Positions 44,652 through 54,925 of a stretch of 64,000 bases of DNA are shown piece by piece. Under the pieces are notes generated by a model, which saw only the letters and a list, made by a program, of their open reading frames with translations, ran no database searches and was not told the origin of the DNA. Both the position numbers and the translations under genes were made by a program. Source of the stretch: Patescibacteria group bacterium (GTDB lineage: Bacteria > Patescibacteriota > Microgenomatia > UBA12405). The first letter of the stretch is position 1; each line of letters opens with the position of its first letter. Where the stretch lies: positions 27,157 through 91,156 of the forward strand of contig JBMNON010000002.1 in NCBI GenBank assembly GCA_050943115.1, read 5' to 3'.

Positions 44652-46929
44652 GTTTTTCCAATCTTTTCCCTTCAGCCCAGGCAACAATTTCTCTGGTTCT
44701 GTCGATGGCGTCTGGACTAACCGAAATACTACCGACTCCCCATTTGACTAATTTTTCAACGAGTTCCGGGTAATTGCTGGGGGCTTGGCCGCAGATGGAA
44801 CTGTTTATGCCACGTTTTTGTGCGGTAGTTATGGCTTTTTTTAACATCCACAAGACTGACGGATCCATTTCATTGAAATCTTTGGCAACTTCACCATTGT
44901 CCCGATCAAGGCCGAGGGTAAGCATGGTTAAGTCGTTGCTGCCTATGGAAATTCCATCAATTCCGACGTCAATAAATTGATCAAGAAGAATGACATTACT
45001 GGGTATTTCTACCATCATATAGAGTTTAAAGGAGGGTGATCTAAGGAGTCCCGCGGTGGCGATGATCTTTTTGACCCGTTCCAATTCCTGGGGAGTTCTG
45101 ACAAAGGGTATCATAAGCCAAAGATTTTTAAGATTATATTTGTTGCGGACTTGCTTTATTGCTTCAAGTTCCATTTCGAAAACGTCTGCAGAGTTTATAT
45201 ATCGAACTGCTCCTCTGAATCCTAATAATGGGTTGGGTTCTTCGGGTTCGTATAATTTCCCCCACTTAAGGTAGCGGTACTCATTTGTTTTAAAATCGGT
45301 TGCTCTATAAATAACCGGTCTTGGAGCAAAGCTTTGACAGAATTGCAGCAAACCTTTAGTTAGATCGTTGATGTATTTCTTTTGCTTATTTTCGGCGATC
45401 ATTCTTTTGGGATGAATACCTATGTTGGCGATCATGAACTCAGCCCGAAGAAGTCCTATACCGTCAACATTTCTTTCGGATATATCTTTGGCCAATTCCG
45501 GCTCACCTAAATTAACCAAGACTTTTGTAGCTGTTTTGGGGGCCGCACCCGAAGGTAATCTGGCCGGTGTAAAGCTTTGGCTACTTTGAGTTAAATCTCC
45601 AAGCCAGACTTTCCCATCCGTGCCGTCAAGAGTGACTACCTCACCTTCTTTTAAAGTTTTTGTAGCTGTTTTGGTGCCGACCACGCAGGGAACACCCAGT
45701 TCCCTGCTGACAATGGCAGCATGGGAAGTTTGGCCGCCCTTATCAGTAATGATGCCATTTACTTTTTTCATGGCCGGAACAAAGTCGGGGGTGGTCATTG
45801 AGGTGACAAGGATTTGTCCTTTTTTGGCTCGACCGATTTCTTTGGGGCTGTTTATAATTACCACTTCCCCACTGGCGGTACCAGGACTGGCCGCTTCTCC
45901 CACAAGATCAGCTTCTTTAGTAATTTTTTGTTGTGATTCAAGTGTTTTTTGATTGGATTCGATGGTAGTTATCGGTCTGGTTTGGACTATAAATATTCGA
46001 TTTTTTTCCAAGGCAAATTCGATATCCTGGGCTTTGCGGTAATGATTGTGAAGTTTTTGGCCAATTTTGGCGATTTCCTTTGCCTGAGAATCAGTAATTT
46101 TTGCCCTGCCCTGCTTACTTTTGGGTACGGCTACTTCTTTGGTTTCGTTTTTGGATTTAATCAGTTGGATAGTTTGCTTAATATTGCTTTTGGAAACAAT
46201 TGACCAATCGTTTTTGTTTATTATGTGTTGGTCAGGGGTGACTTTCCCTTGAACGATATACTCCCCCAACCCCCAAATGGTTTCCACAATAATTTGGGTT
46301 TTATCATTTGTTACAGGGTTGACCGTGAACATAATTCCTGAGATGTCGGATTGAATTTGTTTTTGAATTGGTACGGCGATGCCAACTTTAAAGTGATCAA
46401 ACTTTTTCTTTTGTCTGTAGAAAATTGCCCTGGGAGTAAACAAACTAGCCCAACAATCTTGCACCCGATTTATGACGTTAGCCTCACCGATAACATTAAG
46501 ATAAGTTTCTTGTTGCCCGGCAAAGGAGGCATCAGGCAAATCTTCAGCAGTTGCGGAGGACCTAACTGCCACAGGAATATCCTTTAAGCCGCCATAATCA
46601 GATAGCCTCTTGTAGGCTTTCATCACTTCTATTGCTAGTTGTTCACCTACAATGCCCTTTTTGATGACCGCCATACACTTCTTGGAAGCTTCCATCAATT
46701 GATTTGGATCATCAATGTCGGTGGTGGACAGAATATTTTTAATTTTTTCGCTTAGACTGTTATCTTGGATAAATTGAAAGTAGGCGCTGGCAGTAACAAC
46801 AAAGCCATTGGGAACGGGGATTCCGGAGTTATACATCTCTCCAAGGTTGGCTCCTTTCCCACCAACTTGATTAATGTCTTCGTGATGGATTTGTTTAAAC
46901 CAAAGAATATTGGGCAGGTTATTTTTCAT
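44620..46929 (-). CDS. ppsA: Phosphoenolpyruvate synthase
   Basis: VGGKGANLGE, VRSSATAEDLP.ASFAGQQ, TSHAAIVSRE, SIGSNDL, ICGQAPS; start ATG 46929. Confidence 0.97.
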   Translation of the reverse strand: MKNNLPNILWFKQIHHEDINQVGGKGANLGEMYNSGIPVPNGFVVTASAYFQFIQDNSLSEKIKNILSTTDIDDPNQLMEASKKCMAVIKKGIVGEQLAIEVMKAYKRLSDYGGLKDIPVAVRSSATAEDLPDASFAGQQETYLNVIGEANVINRVQDCWASLFTPRAIFYRQKKKFDHFKVGIAVPIQKQIQSDISGIMFTVNPVTNDKTQIIVETIWGLGEYIVQGKVTPDQHIINKNDWSIVSKSNIKQTIQLIKSKNETKEVAVPKSKQGRAKITDSQAKEIAKIGQKLHNHYRKAQDIEFALEKNRIFIVQTRPITTIESNQKTLESQQKITKEADLVGEAASPGTASGEVVIINSPKEIGRAKKGQILVTSMTTPDFVPAMKKVNGIITDKGGQTSHAAIVSRELGVPCVVGTKTATKTLKEGEVVTLDGTDGKVWLGDLTQSSQSFTPARLPSGAAPKTATKVLVNLGEPELAKDISERNVDGIGLLRAEFMIANIGIHPKRMIAENKQKKYINDLTKGLLQFCQSFAPRPVIYRATDFKTNEYRYLKWGKLYEPEEPNPLLGFRGAVRYINSADVFEMELEAIKQVRNKYNLKNLWLMIPFVRTPQELERVKKIIATAGLLRSPSFKLYMMVEIPSNVILLDQFIDVGIDGISIGSNDLTMLTLGLDRDNGEVAKDFNEMDPSVLWMLKKAITTAQKRGINSSICGQAPSNYPELVEKLVKWGVGSISVSPDAIDRTREIVAWAEGKRLEKPKKKPQPSRP

Positions 46930-47320
46930 TTTTCCAACCTCGATTAGGTAAATCTCTAACGGTTTGTGTTTCGTTTTGTCTTTGATAATCATCCTGAAGC
47001 CTATAAGTGGTTCCGGTTTCCGGAGTGGAAGCTTCAAAAACAGTGCAATCGGTGATTGCTTCTATGCGGTGGATGGTTTTGGGAGTGAAGGTGTAACCAA
47101 TCTTCTTTTCCATGGGTTTTGTGATCAGGTTTTCCATCGAATTACCCAATGTAATGTTAGCTGAACCCTGAAAAAGAGTTAAAGTTTCAATTTTTTGATC
47201 ATGATATTGAAGGGACAATTTGCTACCAGCGTAAATTTCCAGAATTTTCGCTGTGAAAGGAAGATTGCTTTCCGTCAGGATAATTTCTTTTCCCCACGGT
47301 TTATCGATTATGTTGGACAT
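46919..47320 (-). CDS. Cupin protein (mannose-6-phosphate isomerase-like)
   Basis: KPWG, LSLQYH..K.E, HRIEA, EASTPE...RL.DDY.R; start ATG 47320. Confidence 0.85.
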   Translation of the reverse strand: MSNIIDKPWGKEIILTESNLPFTAKILEIYAGSKLSLQYHDQKIETLTLFQGSANITLGNSMENLITKPMEKKIGYTFTPKTIHRIEAITDCTVFEASTPETGTTYRLQDDYQRQNETQTVRDLPNRGWKNEK

Positions 47321-47548
47321 TGTTTTAATAATAGCAGATAAGCAAGCAATGGGTAAGTCAGAAATCACGTATTATGGGATATGTATCTTTAATAAATAAA
47401 GATTAGCAATCGAATGTAGCGACTGATAATGATAGCTTTGTTTTAAAAAACGCCATATTTATGCGTAAATAGTGTGTATTATTATATAAGTATATAAGAG
47501 TACAATATATATCAAAATAAATCAATGAAAATGATTATATTATAGGTT

Positions 47549-48169
47549 TTATTTAATAAGATTAATTATTATTCTTTGTAAAGCTAATTCTTTTGATATT
47601 TTTAATTCTCCGATTTTATTTTGGTAGTCTAATTCAATCATTTGAAGATAAGCTTTTTTTATGGAACCCGAATCGAAGCGGGAATGGGAGATTAATTGTT
47701 TGCGTAAATTTGACTTAAGAAGATAGAGAAAAAGGTCGTAGAGGTTTTGCTCTATAACATTTTCATAGAGAGGGATAAAAGTTTTTAGATTGTGGGGTTT
47801 GATTGCGTTAAGACAAGCAAAGAGTTTGTTGTCAAGACGGAATAGTTCGATTTTTGATTTTGAGAAGGATTTTAGCTGGTTAGCTTTCAAGATTTTATCC
47901 TGCCAGATGACGATATCTGAAGCGGTGTTTGAGTTAATTATTTTTATAATTTTGTCTTGGGCAGATTTGTTGATAGAAAAAAAATTGGATAGGGCTAAAA
48001 TTTTAGTGTTCTCAAAAAGGGACGTTCCGTTTAAAAAATTGTTAATAATATCAGGATTGGTTTCCTTGCTGTCCAGGCGAAGTATGTTAGTGTTTTTGGC
48101 GTTATCAAGATGTTTGAGAAAAGCTTCACGGCTGTCTTTGGGATTATCTCCGTGATAAATATAGATCAT
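47549..48169 (-). CDS. Short DNA polymerase III delta (HolA)-like protein
   Basis: MIYIYHGD, SLF motif, C-terminal ELD...K.G helix; start ATG 48169. Confidence 0.7.
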   Translation of the reverse strand: MIYIYHGDNPKDSREAFLKHLDNAKNTNILRLDSKETNPDIINNFLNGTSLFENTKILALSNFFSINKSAQDKIIKIINSNTASDIVIWQDKILKANQLKSFSKSKIELFRLDNKLFACLNAIKPHNLKTFIPLYENVIEQNLYDLFLYLLKSNLRKQLISHSRFDSGSIKKAYLQMIELDYQNKIGELKISKELALQRIIINLIK

Positions 48170-48262
48170 GTATAGGAAATTATAACCTGAAAGTATATTG
48201 GGGAATAAAAGCTGGAATTTGGGCGTGGTTGCTGATAAAATTAGAGCGTTTCCGATAGAAAC

Positions 48263-48336
48263 GGCCCCATCGTCTAGTGGCCTAGGACTCCTGGCTTTCA
48301 TCCAGGCAATCGGGGGTTCGAATCCCCCTGGGGTCA
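48263..48336 (+). tRNA. tRNA-Glu(TTC)
   Basis: Anticodon arm CCTGG-CTTTCAT-CCAGG. Confidence 0.96.
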
Positions 48337-48344
48337 CAAAATTT

Positions 48345-48716
48345 ATGACTGAAAATGAAAGAAAATTTGTAATAATTGAGGATGACCTTGGTTGGCAAGG
48401 AACACTTAAGCGGTTTATAACGAGAAATGGCTACATGGTGGTTGGTTCGGTAAGTACTTTAAGGGATGCCCTAGAAATTATTCCACGATTTGGTGAGATG
48501 GGGGTAACCGACGTAACAGTTGATGGTAATTTGGACGAATATAGGCGAGGAAGTGACGGAACAGAGATAATCAAACAGCTGGAGGCTGTTTCTCCAGAGA
48601 TACGAATAATTAAGATTGCAGGAGAGAATTTTTATGATGATACACATCCTTTTGTTGATAAATCAGATCGTAATGTAGCTGCTTTGTTGCTTGAAGCAAT
48701 TTCGCGTATGGACTAA
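48345..48716 (+). CDS. Stand-alone response regulator receiver domain
   Basis: VIIEDD acidic pocket, VTVDGNL phosphoacceptor Asp, DG.EII..L, FVDK; start ATG 48345. Confidence 0.78.
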   Translation: MTENERKFVIIEDDLGWQGTLKRFITRNGYMVVGSVSTLRDALEIIPRFGEMGVTDVTVDGNLDEYRRGSDGTEIIKQLEAVSPEIRIIKIAGENFYDDTHPFVDKSDRNVAALLLEAISRMD

Positions 48717-48770
48717 GCTATATTGTAAGATTGACTTACATTAAAGGGGCGGGTTCCTTTGGGTAAGGGA

Positions 48771-49406
48771 TTAAATGATTGTTTCTCTACTCTGGCCATG
48801 GTTTTTTATTATTACCCCAAGAACTACAAATACTAAGCTTATAATTTGAGCAATTTTAATGTTGGCTATTGCCCAGGTATCTTCACGCAGGAATTCAAGA
48901 AAAAAGCGGATAAATCCATAACTAATCATATAGATTGCTGCTTTGTTTTTTTTAACCTTTAAAATGAGAGCAAATAGGAGAAGATTAAGAATAGATTCAT
49001 AGAGCCAGACGGGTTGTCCTGATGGGCTATAAACCTCACGATTTAATAAGTTACCAAATCGACCGATAGATTGGGCCAGGGGTAATGGTATAACTACTTG
49101 ATTAACGAGTTTGATAAAACTAATGTTTTTAAATTGGCAGAAAACATAGATAAATAATGCTCCACCTAGAAGAGCGCCATAGATACCCAGACCTCCGTTC
49201 CATGTTTTAATAATTTCTAGGTGGTTGTCGGTGTAGTAATCCCAATAATCAAGGACATGATAAAGACGAGCGCCAATAACACCTGATAAAATTGTGCCAA
49301 ATATAAAATAATTGAGATGTTTTGGGGAAAGCAGGGTGTTTTGTTTTTCGAATATGAATACAGATGCAACGATGGCAATACCAATAAGAAAACCGTAAAG
49401 ATGCAT
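48771..49406 (-). CDS. lgt: Prolipoprotein diacylglyceryl transferase
   Basis: YG, GARLYHV, W.GGL.IYG, Q.IGR.GN..N.E.Y, LYES, RF..EF.R. Confidence 0.95.
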   Translation of the reverse strand: MHLYGFLIGIAIVASVFIFEKQNTLLSPKHLNYFIFGTILSGVIGARLYHVLDYWDYYTDNHLEIIKTWNGGLGIYGALLGGALFIYVFCQFKNISFIKLVNQVVIPLPLAQSIGRFGNLLNREVYSPSGQPVWLYESILNLLLFALILKVKKNKAAIYMISYGFIRFFLEFLREDTWAIANIKIAQIISLVFVVLGVIIKNHGQSRETII

Positions 49407-49432
49407 TTGGAGATATTATACTGGAGAATTTG

Positions 49433-49509
49433 TGGTGGGTCCTGAGAGACTCGAACTCTCGACCACCTGCTTAAAAGGCAGATGCTCTAACCAACTGAGC
49501 TAAGGACCC
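49433..49509 (-). tRNA. tRNA-Lys(TTT)
   Basis: Anticodon arm TCTGC-CTTTTAA-GCAGG, encoded CCA. Confidence 0.96.
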
Positions 49510-49515
49510 GAGGAT

Positions 49516-49830
49516 TTATAAAGTTCTAGCTTTAGAATCCCGAAGGTAGTAAAGCTTGGCTCTACGAACAGTTCTTTTGGGACCGCGTAGTTTTTTGATG
49601 CTGTCTATCCAGGGCGATTGAACCGGAAAGATTCTTTCAACAAAAATTCCATCCGAAGCTGATTTTCTGACGACGAAATTTTGATTTTCATTGCGGCCTT
49701 TAACGGACAGAATGATGCCGTCGAAAGCTTGGATTCTTTCCCTATCACCTTTTTCTTTTATTTTGTAGTTGACTTTGATTGTGTCACCTACATTGAATTC
49801 GGTGTCGTTATGTGTAAATTTTAGAGCCAT
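49516..49830 (-). CDS. rplS: 50S ribosomal protein L19
   Basis: GDTI.V..KI.E...ERIQ.F.G, VERIFP..SP, VRRAKLYYLR. Confidence 0.98.
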   Translation of the reverse strand: MALKFTHNDTEFNVGDTIKVNYKIKEKGDRERIQAFDGIILSVKGRNENQNFVVRKSASDGIFVERIFPVQSPWIDSIKKLRGPKRTVRRAKLYYLRDSKARTL

Positions 49831-49911
49831 TTTTTTATTAAATTTGCTTTGAAATTATAGCAGATGGAACTTTGGTATTCTAGCACAAGGTTTGGTTAAA
49901 TGAAAGGAAGT

Positions 49912-52900
49912 TTATTTGAGGATATTGGCGATATCTTCTGCCAGTTTTTTAGTATAGTTAACTCCGTATGAGAGCGGTATGTTTTTGCCATTGGCAAGAA
50001 TTATCAATCCGCGGTGGCCATTTGGGTTCTTTTTCAATAAATTATTAAGCAACATTAACTTGTTTTGGCTTGTCCCTTGGGGGATTTGAATAACAAAATC
50101 ATATTCTTTGGCGGACGAGCTTTTAGGTACTTCTTCTGAAAGGATGTCTATGAGGATAGAAAATTCATCATTACGAATATTAGTTTTTCCTTCAAAGTAG
50201 ACGGGCTTGTTCTCTTCCAATAATAATTTACATTCTTCATAAGTTTTCGGAAATATAACTGCTTCAACTTTATGGCTTTCATCCTCCATGGTAACAAAAG
50301 CCATTTGGGCATTGTTTTTCTTGGTGCGGATGACTTTAAATTTTGAGATCACGGCGGCACCTTTAACATTTACATTGGGGTCAGTACGGGAAAGATTTTC
50401 GAGATTGGTAAAGCCGTACTTTTGGAAGGGTTCGAGAATTTTTGTAATCGGATTTTCAGTGATGAATATTCCCATTAGTTGTTTTTCCAAGGCCAATTTT
50501 TCCTTTTGAGGTAATTCTTCCATTTCAGGAAGATTGTCGGGCGGAGCTTCGAGTTTAACTGCTTGGGTGGTGGTAACGTTGTCAAAAAGACCAAATTGTC
50601 CGTTTGATTTTTTGCCCTTAAGTTTTTCGATGTCGGTTCGGATGCGGTCAAGGGATGACAGGAGAGCACTTCTTTTGCCAAACATGTCCATGGCTCCAAC
50701 CTTTATCAAACTTTCAAGGACTCTTTTGTTGACTTTTTGTCCGTCAACCCGAAGACAGAAATCGGAAAGGCTTTTGAACTCGCCGTTGTTTCTTTCATCT
50801 AAGATTACTTCGATGGCGGCTTCGCCAACATTTTTGATGGCATTAAGACCAAAGCGAATTGCCAGACCATCTAATGATTTTTCGTCCGATTCCATGGTAA
50901 AACCACTATAGGAACGGTTGATATCCGGGGGGTGAATAACAATCCCCATGTGACGGCATTCTTCAATTCCCGATGAAACTTTTTCGGTGTCTTCAGCCTC
51001 TGCGGTAAGGAGGGCACACATGTATTCAACTGGGTAATTGGCTTTCATGTAAGCAGTACGGTAAGCCAACATGCCATAGGAAGCCGCATGGGCTTTGTTA
51101 AAACCATAGGAAGTGAAGGGTTCAATATAACCGAAGATTTCTTGAGCTTTTTCCTGGGAATATCCGTTATTTATGCAACCCTGGATAAACTTTTCTTTTT
51201 GGGCAGCCATTTCTTCAGGAATTTTTTTACCTATAGCTTTACGGAACTTATCGACCTCTGTCCAGTTATAGCCGGCTAGTTCGATGGCAGTATAAAGACA
51301 ATCATCCTGGTAGACAAGAAGTCCATAGGTTTTGTTCAAAAATTTTTCCATTTTAGGGTCAAAATAAGTGGTTTTTGAGGGGTCGCTTTTTCTGGCAATG
51401 TATTCCGGAATCATAGCCATCGGTCCGGGACGATAAAGAGCCACCATGGCCATTAGATCCTCTACCCTTTCCGGTTTTAGCTCTTTGAGCCATTTGGTCA
51501 TTCCTTCGCCTGACAGCTGAAAAACCCCCATAGTGTCTCCCCTGGAAAGCATTTCAAAAGTTTTTTGGTCGTCAAGGGGAATTTTTCTTAGATTTACTTC
51601 GATGTCTTTAGTTTTCCTAACATTTATAACGGATTCACGGAGAAAGGAAAGGTTGCGGATTCCCAGTATGTCGAATTTAATTAAGCCAACGTCTTCACAA
51701 GCGTGCATTTCATATTGGGTGATTTGCTTGTCGCCGCCGGTTTCTAATTGTGTCGGTGTGAAATCGTTGATGTCTGAAGGAGAGATGACTATGGCGCAGG
51801 CATGAACACTGATGTGACGGGCGCAGCCTTCGATTTGTTTGGCAGTGTCAAGAATTTTTTTGGTATCAGGATCTTTGACGTAAAGATCTTTTAGATCGGG
51901 GGTCGTTTCGATAGCTTTGTCTATAGACATGGGAAACCCTTGTGAGCCCATAGGGATTAATTTACTTATCCTATCCCCGACGGCATATTCGTAGCCCAGT
52001 ACTCGGGCGGTGTCCCTAACAGCACCTCGGGCCATCATTCGACCAAAGGTACAGATTTGGGCGACGCTTTGTTCGCCGTATTGCTCAGTAATGTGGTAGA
52101 GCATTTCCTGACGCTTAACATCGGCGATATCGAGGTCGATATCGGGAGGTGAAGGCCTGTCCTTGTTTAAAAATCTTTCAAATGGCAGTTGGTAAATTAG
52201 GGGGTCAACTGAAGTAATTCCAAGGACAAAAGCTACAAGGCAGCCGGCAGCTGATCCTCTGGTATTGGTAGGTGTATCGTTGCTTTCGGTCCATTGAACA
52301 AAGTCACGCATGATCAAAAAGTAAGGGGCATAGCCTTTTGAGCAAATTACTTCCAATTCATAATCGAGCCTATCTTTGATTTCTGTTGTAATTTCTCCAT
52401 AGTGCTCTTTGGCTTGACCGTAAACTAAATCACTTAAAGTCTCTTCTGCGGTTTTTCCCTCAGGGAGTGGAAATTTTGGGAAGTACCAGTTACCAAGTTC
52501 AATATTTACGTCACATTTGTCAGCAATTTTTACGGTATTTTCGATAGCATCGGGATATTGGGCGAACTGTTCTATCATTTCTTGTGGAGTTTTTATATAA
52601 AAATCAGGGATATCGTACATGGAAAGACGGTTGGGTGTATCGATGGTGGTTTGGGTATTGATCATCATAAGTACATCTTGGGCGAAAGCGTCTTCTTTGT
52701 TTATGTAGTGAGCATCGTTGGCGGCTACTAATGGGATGGCCAATTTGCGACTAATTTTGACTATGCCTTCATTGGATTTGTCCTGGTCTTTTAATCCCGG
52801 ATGGACTTGAATTTCCAGATAATAGTCAGATCCGAATAGTTTTTGGTAGTCCAGCGCTCTTCTTTCTGCCTTTTCCTCTTCCCCATTTAGCAACAGTTGT

Positions 52901-53328
52901 GATATCTCCCCTTCGACACAGGCACTGGTGCAAATAATACCTTCGTGATATTTTTGTAGAGTTTCCCAATCAATTCTTGGTTTATAGTAGAACCCCTCAA
53001 GGTAGCTGATACTGATCATTTTCATAAGGTTCTGGTAGCCTTGATTGTTTTTGGCAAGTAAGATTATGTGATAGTTTCTTCTATTTTCGGCTGTACGATC
53101 ATGGCGACCCTTGGGGGCTATGTAGAGTTCGGCTCCAATAATCGGTTTAACTTCTGATTTCTGACAGGCTTTGTAAAATTCTATTGCCCCGTACATGTTG
53201 CCATGATCAGTGATAGCGATAGCGTTCATCCCCATTTCCTTGATGGCAGGAACAAGTTTTTTTATCTTTGATAAGCCGTCCAAGAGCGAGTATTCGGTAT
53301 GGACATGTAGATGGACAAAATCAGACAT
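49912..53328 (-). CDS. dnaE: DNA polymerase III alpha subunit
   Basis: HLHVHTEYSLLDG PHP, RGSAAG, PDIDLD, KFDILG, YGFNKAHA, OB fold; no intein visible. Confidence 0.98.
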   Translation of the reverse strand: MSDFVHLHVHTEYSLLDGLSKIKKLVPAIKEMGMNAIAITDHGNMYGAIEFYKACQKSEVKPIIGAELYIAPKGRHDRTAENRRNYHIILLAKNNQGYQNLMKMISISYLEGFYYKPRIDWETLQKYHEGIICTSACVEGEISQLLLNGEEEKAERRALDYQKLFGSDYYLEIQVHPGLKDQDKSNEGIVKISRKLAIPLVAANDAHYINKEDAFAQDVLMMINTQTTIDTPNRLSMYDIPDFYIKTPQEMIEQFAQYPDAIENTVKIADKCDVNIELGNWYFPKFPLPEGKTAEETLSDLVYGQAKEHYGEITTEIKDRLDYELEVICSKGYAPYFLIMRDFVQWTESNDTPTNTRGSAAGCLVAFVLGITSVDPLIYQLPFERFLNKDRPSPPDIDLDIADVKRQEMLYHITEQYGEQSVAQICTFGRMMARGAVRDTARVLGYEYAVGDRISKLIPMGSQGFPMSIDKAIETTPDLKDLYVKDPDTKKILDTAKQIEGCARHISVHACAIVISPSDINDFTPTQLETGGDKQITQYEMHACEDVGLIKFDILGIRNLSFLRESVINVRKTKDIEVNLRKIPLDDQKTFEMLSRGDTMGVFQLSGEGMTKWLKELKPERVEDLMAMVALYRPGPMAMIPEYIARKSDPSKTTYFDPKMEKFLNKTYGLLVYQDDCLYTAIELAGYNWTEVDKFRKAIGKKIPEEMAAQKEKFIQGCINNGYSQEKAQEIFGYIEPFTSYGFNKAHAASYGMLAYRTAYMKANYPVEYMCALLTAEAEDTEKVSSGIEECRHMGIVIHPPDINRSYSGFTMESDEKSLDGLAIRFGLNAIKNVGEAAIEVILDERNNGEFKSLSDFCLRVDGQKVNKRVLESLIKVGAMDMFGKRSALLSSLDRIRTDIEKLKGKKSNGQFGLFDNVTTTQAVKLEAPPDNLPEMEELPQKEKLALEKQLMGIFITENPITKILEPFQKYGFTNLENLSRTDPNVNVKGAAVISKFKVIRTKKNNAQMAFVTMEDESHKVEAVIFPKTYEECKLLLEENKPVYFEGKTNIRNDEFSILIDILSEEVPKSSSAKEYDFVIQIPQGTSQNKLMLLNNLLKKNPNGHRGLIILANGKNIPLSYGVNYTKKLAEDIANILK

Positions 53329-53447
53329 GATGTTTAATTTTGCAGGATTCTAGTAACTGTTTCAACAACTAATCAGTAGTGTTTGGGCACATTTAAAAAC
53401 ACTATATTTAGGCAGGATAATTTACTATAAACTAAAATTTGCAGAAT

Positions 53448-54329
53448 TTAAAGCATTTGTTCGAGAGCTTTTATCCTTTCTTCAATTGGAGGGTGCGTAG
53501 AAAAGAGACTGGCAATTTTGTTGCCCTTGAATGGATTTTTTATGTAGAGAGAGGCGGTAGCGGTTGAAGCGGATTCCAAGGGGTTTGGATCCTGCGCGAT
53601 AATCTTTAGGGCTTCCAGGAGGCCTTGCGGTTGGCGGGTAATTTTGACGCCGCTAGCATCAGCAAGGTATTCACGGCGACGGGAGATGGCCAGTTGGATT
53701 AGTTGGGCAATAAGCGGGGCAAGGATAATCAAGACAAGGCCGATAATGGCAAATAAACCACCGCTACTGTTTTTTCTGTCGCGGTTTCTAGAGAACATTC
53801 CCCTTGTTGTTATATTGATGAGTATAGAAAGTGAGCCGATGAGAATACTGACTATGGTCATTAGTCGGATGTCATAGTTTTGGATGTGGGAAAGTTCGTG
53901 GGCGATAACGCCTTCAAGCTGGGTTCTATTTAACTTGTTGAGGAGACCGGTAGTAACAGCAATCACAGAGTGTTGAGGATCGCGGCCGGTGGCGAATGCG
54001 TTCGTTGCCTGGCTATCAATGACAAAAGTTTGGGGCTTTGGTAAGCCCTGTGAAAGAGCCAAGTTCTCGGTAACTGTAAAGTAATCAAAAAATTCTTCCC
54101 GTGAGGCTGGGCGGGCGTGGTTTAGGCTAAGGACTATTTTATCTCCATAGAAGTAGCTAATTAATGAGGAGAAAGTAGAAAGGACAAGAGCAAGAACGGT
54201 AAAACCCGGTCCCAGGTCAAACAAGTAAGAAATAAGGTAAGCTACACCAAAAATAAAGGCAATAAAAAAGACTATGACCACAGTTGATCTGGTTTTGTTA
54301 CTTTCTACCTGTTCGTAAACATTAAGCAT
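53448..54329 (-). CDS. htpX: M48 zinc metalloprotease HtpX
   Basis: NAFATG, HELSH, SRRREYLAD, STHPP...RI. Confidence 0.95.
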   Translation of the reverse strand: MLNVYEQVESNKTRSTVVIVFFIAFIFGVAYLISYLFDLGPGFTVLALVLSTFSSLISYFYGDKIVLSLNHARPASREEFFDYFTVTENLALSQGLPKPQTFVIDSQATNAFATGRDPQHSVIAVTTGLLNKLNRTQLEGVIAHELSHIQNYDIRLMTIVSILIGSLSILINITTRGMFSRNRDRKNSSGGLFAIIGLVLIILAPLIAQLIQLAISRRREYLADASGVKITRQPQGLLEALKIIAQDPNPLESASTATASLYIKNPFKGNKIASLFSTHPPIEERIKALEQML

Positions 54330-54331
54330 TG

Positions 54332-54913
54332 TTAGAGATTGACGTCGGGATTTTTGGTTTCCTGTTGGGTGACCTCCAGATGTTGACCTTCAAGGGCAGT
54401 TTCCAGTCCCTTTTCTTCTCTAAAGCCAAAAGCGGAAGCAAACCAAACACCGGGAATGGTATTAATGGCGGTATTGTAATCAGCTGTAAGGTCGATCAGT
54501 GTTCTTCGGGCATACATAATTTTGTCAGCAGTATCACGAAGCTCATTCATTAGATTGGAAATGATGTTGGAAGCTTTAATTTCAGGATTGCTTTCGACAA
54601 CAACACGAAGAGCGCCAAGAGCTTTACCGATTAATTCTTGGGATTGGTCAAGCTTTTTGGTGTCATTGGTATCGACAGCTTGAGATATCATTTTTCTGGC
54701 ATCGGTTAAATTATCAAAAATGCCTTTTTCATGCTTCATATAACCTTTGACTGAATCCACCAAATTAGGGATTAATCCGGCTTGACGTTTAAGCTGGTTG
54801 CCAATTTCCTGAATTGAAGCTTTTATTCTGACTTGATAAGTTTTGAGGCGGTTGTAAAAGCCAATTATGTAAAGCACTAAAACTGCAATTGCTGCTAAAA
54901 CTACGATTATCAT
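54332..54913 (-). CDS. lemA: LemA family protein
   Basis: N-terminal TM, YN.L, QLKR...LIPNLV..VKGY..HE, E..PE.KA. Confidence 0.95.
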   Translation of the reverse strand: MIIVVLAAIAVLVLYIIGFYNRLKTYQVRIKASIQEIGNQLKRQAGLIPNLVDSVKGYMKHEKGIFDNLTDARKMISQAVDTNDTKKLDQSQELIGKALGALRVVVESNPEIKASNIISNLMNELRDTADKIMYARRTLIDLTADYNTAINTIPGVWFASAFGFREEKGLETALEGQHLEVTQQETKNPDVNL

Positions 54914-54925
54914 TTGTTTTATTTG

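Noticed and set aside
47321-47548. AT-rich 228-bp intergenic region as replication origin or ncRNA
   Set aside because: No DnaA-box cluster, stable hairpin or convincing ORF seen
27470-48344. ORF-track entries or N-terminal extensions overlapping tRNAs (27568, 28725, 34352, 34555, 35034, 35308, 35357, 48198, 48337)
   Set aside because: They are translations of tRNA sequence or antisense shadows; better ATG starts exist outside the tRNAs
49912-53328. Intein or intron in dnaE
   Set aside because: 1138 aa with contiguous motifs is a normal length; no splice-junction motifs seen
53335-53447. TAGTGTTT/AAACACTA inverted repeat flanked by similar TTTGCAG words upstream of dnaE
   Set aside because: Short, AT-rich and single-copy; not distinguishable from chance without comparative data
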